DNA of 64,000 bases from the human T2T-CHM13v2.0 reference genome, Homo sapiens. The position numbers were made by a program, and so were the translations under genes. The first letter of the stretch is position 1, and every line of letters begins with the position of its first letter. Of this stretch, positions 59,387 through 64,000 are shown one piece after another. The notes beneath the pieces are model-generated. The model was not told the DNA's origin and made no database searches. It saw only the letters and a program-made list of their open reading frames with translations. The stretch lies in NCBI RefSeq assembly GCF_009914755.1, contig NC_060929.1; one strand, written 5' to 3'.

Positions 59387-60582
59387 GATTTTTTTGGATA
59401 TAACCCTAAAAGCACAGGCAACAAAAGCAAAACCAGACAAATGAGACTACATCAGGCTAAAAATCTTCTTCACAGCGAAGAAAACAATCAACAGAGTCAA
59501 CAGGGAACCCATAGAATGGGAGAAAGTATTTGTAAACCATACATGTAAGAGGTTAATATTCAAAGTATATAAGGAACTCAAAAAACACAATTGCAAGAAA
59601 ATAAATAACCCAAGTTTTTAAATGGACAAAGAACCTAAATAGACATTTCTCAAAAGAAGACATGCAAATGGCCAACAGATATATGAAAAAATGTTCAACA
59701 TCACTACTTATCAGAGAAATACAAAGTAAAACTGCAATGTGGTATCACCTCACATCTGTTAGAATAGCTATAATCAAAAGGACAAAAAATAACAAGTGTT
59801 GGTGAGGATGTGGAAAAAAGAGAACCTTTGTCCACTGTTGGTGGGAATGTAAAATGGTGCAGCATATCAAGAAACAGTATGGATGCTCCTCAAAAGAAAA
59901 TTAAAATAGAACTATCATATGATCTAGCAATCTCACTTCTGGTTATACATATATAAAAAAATCAAGTCAGTATGTTGACAAGATATCTGCACTCCCATGT
60001 TAATTGCAGCATTATTGACAATAGCCAAGTTATGGAATTAATGTAAATGTCCATCAACAGTAAATGGATTTTTAAAATGTGGTATATATACACAATGGAC
60101 TATTATTCAGCCTTTAAAAAATAAGGAAATTTTGTGATTTGTGAACCTGAAGTATACTATGTTAAATGAAATAAGCTAGGCACAGAAAGACAAATACTGC
60201 ATGATCTCATATGGATGTGGAATCTGAAAAAATCAAACTCATAGAAACAGAGAACAGAATGGTAGTTGCCAGGGGTTGTGGATATGTTGGTCAAAGAATA
60301 CAAAATATCAGTTAGAAAGAATAGGTTGAAGAGATGTACTGTACACATGGTGAATATATTTAATAACAATGTATTTGCATACTTAAAAATTGCTAACAGA
60401 ATAGATTTTAAGTGTCACCACAAAAAAATAAGCATGTGAGATAATGGATATGTTAATTAGCTTGATATAACCATTCCACAATGTATTCATATTTCAAAAC
60501 ATCATGTTGTAAACGATAAATATATATAATTATTTGTCAAATAGACAAATAAATACATAAATTGTATCATTATAAAAAAAAT
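59387..60582 (+). mobile_element. L1MA 3' fragment (end of ORF2, 3'UTR, A tail)
   Basis: 'aaagcacaggcaacaaaagcaaaa..atagacatttctcaaaagaagacatgcaaatggccaacag..gatatgttaattagcttgat..aaaaaaaa'. Confidence 0.92.
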
Positions 60583-61177
60583 GTTTTAAGTGCTACTTGA
60601 TCACCAAAACAGAAAACACAAAATGAAAAACCACTCATTTTAGAAACTCACAGACTGGTAGAAGTGATGATAACATAAAAATGGAAAACTCTTTTTTAAA
60701 ATCGAAAGTACTACAATTAATTGTAAGGCAAGTCTAGCTTTTTTTTAAGTTAATAAAATATTTTTTAAGTTTTTTTTAAATGGAGCTAGAATTTATGACT
60801 GATATACTTAAATTTATCTAAAACAATTTCTTTTGTTATTCAGACTCTCCTAGAAGCAATAAAAAGTATCCAACCTCTTTTCCCCCAGAATTGATATTGT
60901 GATGCCACTAAATATGTTCAAAAATTAGGGATAGCCAGTAAGAATTATAACTAACGATTTCCTGAATCCAGGGAATAAATATTGGTTTAAAAACAGAAAA
61001 CAATGATGTTCAATTCGGAAAGCTACATACAACGTTCCATATTCAGATTTTAAATGTAGTCAGGTGCAAGAATAGCTAGATACTACCATCCCTGATTTCA
61101 CCAACAAACCATTATGGACATTTTTAATACATGATACAAATCTAACATTCTTAAATGTGTTTCTGCTGACATACGAT

Positions 61178-61180
<3 letters not shown>

Positions 61181-61232
<52 letters not shown>
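61181..61232. repeat. (AT)n microsatellite, about 26 units
   Basis: Seen directly. Confidence 0.97.
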
Positions 61233-61236
<4 letters not shown>

Positions 61237-62038
61237 CACAAAGTTCAGCTATTTTGTCATTGGAAAATGTGTTGTGATTTGCAAAGAAAACAGTTTTCCT
61301 GTTTTAGCAAAATTAGAAGTTAACGAACTGAGTATTCCACTGTAGCATTAACATAAATAAATACAAATCTACAACAAAGAGAGTTAATCAAATTGAGTTG
61401 AACAATGCATTATCCCAAGTACATTTTGCACAAAACTACAGGCTGAGGAGTAATTATGTTTATGCACAGGCACTTGGCATTTTCAACTTGAAAAACATTT
61501 TTTCCAAGTAAAGTTGATTCCATTTACAAGCGCAACCAGTTGGTTGCTAATGTTAGGACACCATCTTGTGGATAAGGTATCTAATTTGGAAACGTATTTG
61601 AAATCATTTACACAGTAAAATGCAAAAAAAATGTTCTTGATATCACAGAAATTAATCAACAGCTTTACCTTTATTAGCATGTCTACAAAAGGTATGGCTA
61701 ATAAAAGAACACTGAATAATTTTTATCAAAAAAGCCTTTTCTCATTGTGCATCTGCTATGGACCAAATGTTGTATTCCAAAGTCAGTGTATTAGAAAGGC
61801 ATTTTAGTGAAATCTTTATTCTACAGAGAATTAATGAAATCCATGTTAGTAAAGATAAACTTTCATTTGCTGCTATCACATAATGCTGAACACGTTTAAG
61901 ATATAGATTGTTTGCCAATATATTGTTCTTGAGTTTTATATTGTCAATATTAAATACATATATTTAATATATATATATAGGAGGCATATAAGAATCTCAA
62001 ATATCAAACTGGTTTTCTCCTTAAAAAATATTAATATC

Positions 62039-62089
62039 CACTCCAGCCTGGGGTGACAGAGTGAGACTCCATCTCAAAAATATGTATGT
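62039..62089 (+). mobile_element. Severely 5'-truncated Alu (last ~40 nt plus tail)
   Basis: cactccagcctggggtgacagagtgagactccatctcaaaaa flanked by atattaatatc at 62028-62038 and 62090-62100. Confidence 0.85.
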
Positions 62090-62619
62090 ATATTAATATC
62101 TCCATTAACCTGCCTGTTTACTTAAATAAGAAAAGTAACACTTATAGGAATGCTGATACAGTTTGGCTTTATATAACACAATAAGTTAGCAGAAACAGAA
62201 TACATGCCTAAGAAAGCTGAGCGCCAGTCTTTCCTCTGCAACTGATTAGCCACCTATCTTGGACAAATCAATTCACTTCCCATGCCTTAGTTATCACAGC
62301 TGTGACAAGAAATAGTGGACGCTTATCCAGAGAATTTTTGAAGACATAAAATAATACATATAAAATTTCTGCATCTACCGCAATATAGGAAATAAGAAAA
62401 ACAGATCTGATTTTATTCCAGATCCTTGTTCTAATCCCTGTCCTCAAAAACAGCTATGGTTTCTTTAGGTCTTTTTTAAAAAATTCTGTGAACACCCACT
62501 GTATCTTCCAACACATTTTTCTTTTATTAAGCTGTTATGTGCAGTAAACCTTCTTGACTAACACAGCACTCATGTGATTTGGGGAAGGTAATTACATTTA
62601 GTTAATGGAGGAGGGAATA

Positions 62620-62840
62620 AAAATTCGGGTTTTCATTAAACGGGTATGGGTTTGAATTCTGACTTTCCCACTTATCAGTTGTATGACTTTTGGTCAGTTA
62701 TTAAGCTTCTCTTGCCTTGGTTTTCTCATTTGCCTCACAGAGTTCTAAAAAGCACTAAATTAAGGTGTGTAAGGCATTTATCACAGTGACTGGTCTATGG
62801 CAAGTGGGATATGGTGAACAAGAAAGATTATTATTATAAT
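62620..62840 (+). mobile_element. MIR SINE
   Basis: 'gggtttgaattctgactttcccacttatcagttgtatgacttttggtcagttattaagcttctc..gccttggttttctcatttg'. Confidence 0.8.
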
Positions 62841-64000
62841 TATTGTAAATGGATATTATTTAATTTGACATCCTCCCAAATCTCAAAATAAATCAGAGTA
62901 TGAAATACTCATCATTCATAATATCTGTAAAAGAAATAATACTGTTCTGCATTGATGCCCACAAAATATCCACTTAGAAGAAGACTTAAATGGTATTTTT
63001 ATAGTCTGAATTGATTTCCTCTAAATGGCTAAAGCTCTGAAACAACTTGTAACTTCCCATCTGCACCATAGTACACAGACCACAATACATCCAACTCTTC
63101 GAGAGATTTGAATCTTCACAGCTCATTAATCTATAATGAAAATAACTTATGAGCATCTTTGACTTACAAAGGCAACTTGCCTTCCTCATCATGGATTTGT
63201 GGCTCCTCCAGTAAACGTGGTGAGTCAAGGTTCTGCAGCATTCAAACAGCTTAACCATCAAAGTGACCAAAGGTCTTTTTGAAGGAGCTAAAGAAATAAA
63301 AGAGATATCCCCTAGTTTCTCTTCTGACTGTATGATACTTCAAAAAGTAAAAATACAAACTGACTATTTTGGAAATGTGAGATTGTGTTGTTTTTCAACC
63401 ACATATGTGATTTTTTTGCCTTCGATATCTAGTTAATTAAAACAGAAGCATTTTACAAATACATAATGTCTCAGAAAATAAATCTGCATTCCCCTCCTCC
63501 CTCCCATTTTTTTTTCTAATTCAATTTCTAAACTTTAAGAATCAACTCAATTCTCAGCATATCCTTCTATCCTTCCTGATCCATTAGAAGTCCTAATGAC
63601 CATCCTAGGCCATATTATACTTTATTTTATTCCATGTCAATAACTTGGAGCAAATAAAGACACCTCAAGCAGGCTAAAAACCTAGGATTTCATCAAATGT
63701 ATAGCTTTTAAATATGAAATTAGCATTTACCTTGGAGAGAGGCAATCTGATTTTTTTCTGTTCATAAAAGTATACACTTTTTTTATTATGTTTAGACTGA
63801 AGAATTTATCGCATGCCTATTGTTTGAACTCAAGATTGTCTTTCATTTCACATTTTTCTCTCCAGTCATAACTGGATCACATTACTCACATTAAAAAAGA
63901 CATAACATGCAAGAAAATAGTTCCAAATTCCTTTTCAAAATATGTGTGTACTTTTTTCCTGGCTTTCACAACAGCAAGGCATTTCCAATCTGTCTATGGT

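Noticed and set aside
52133-63270. Many 60-120 aa ORFs in AT-rich or repeat DNA (also at 6059-13066 and 22941-41014)
   Set aside because: Many have non-ATG starts, composition is biased, there are no recognisable domains or exon structure, and many overlap repeats; consistent with random ORFs.

Overview
Primate (human-like) genomic DNA that is AT-rich and dominated by repeats. It holds one intact protein-coding gene, the intronless retrogene FTMT (mitochondrial ferritin, 42831-43559, + strand), inside a CpG island. From recall, the human locus is 5q23.1. The rest is mostly decayed transposable elements: a 5' part of an old L1PA (1-4535); a near-full-length L1PB-type element nested in an older L1 (13545-22070); MaLR, ERV1 and ERVL LTRs; an ancient ERVL internal region carrying at least seven nested insertions (33380-38520); an internally deleted, 3'-truncated HERV-K9/HML-3 provirus with a MER9 LTR (47680-51807); and Alu, MIR, L2, Tigger and L1M fragments. 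I found no evidence for a new multi-gene biological system. The most notable observations are small-scale: an apparent P45H allele in FTMT, fossil FTH1 IRE and 3'UTR remnants, a 41-bp orphan retro-insertion with a perfect 13-bp TSD, a micro-inversion in an L1, fold-back hairpins, and two local duplications. Repeat subfamily names come from my recall of consensus sequences. Repeat boundaries are approximate unless a TSD is quoted.
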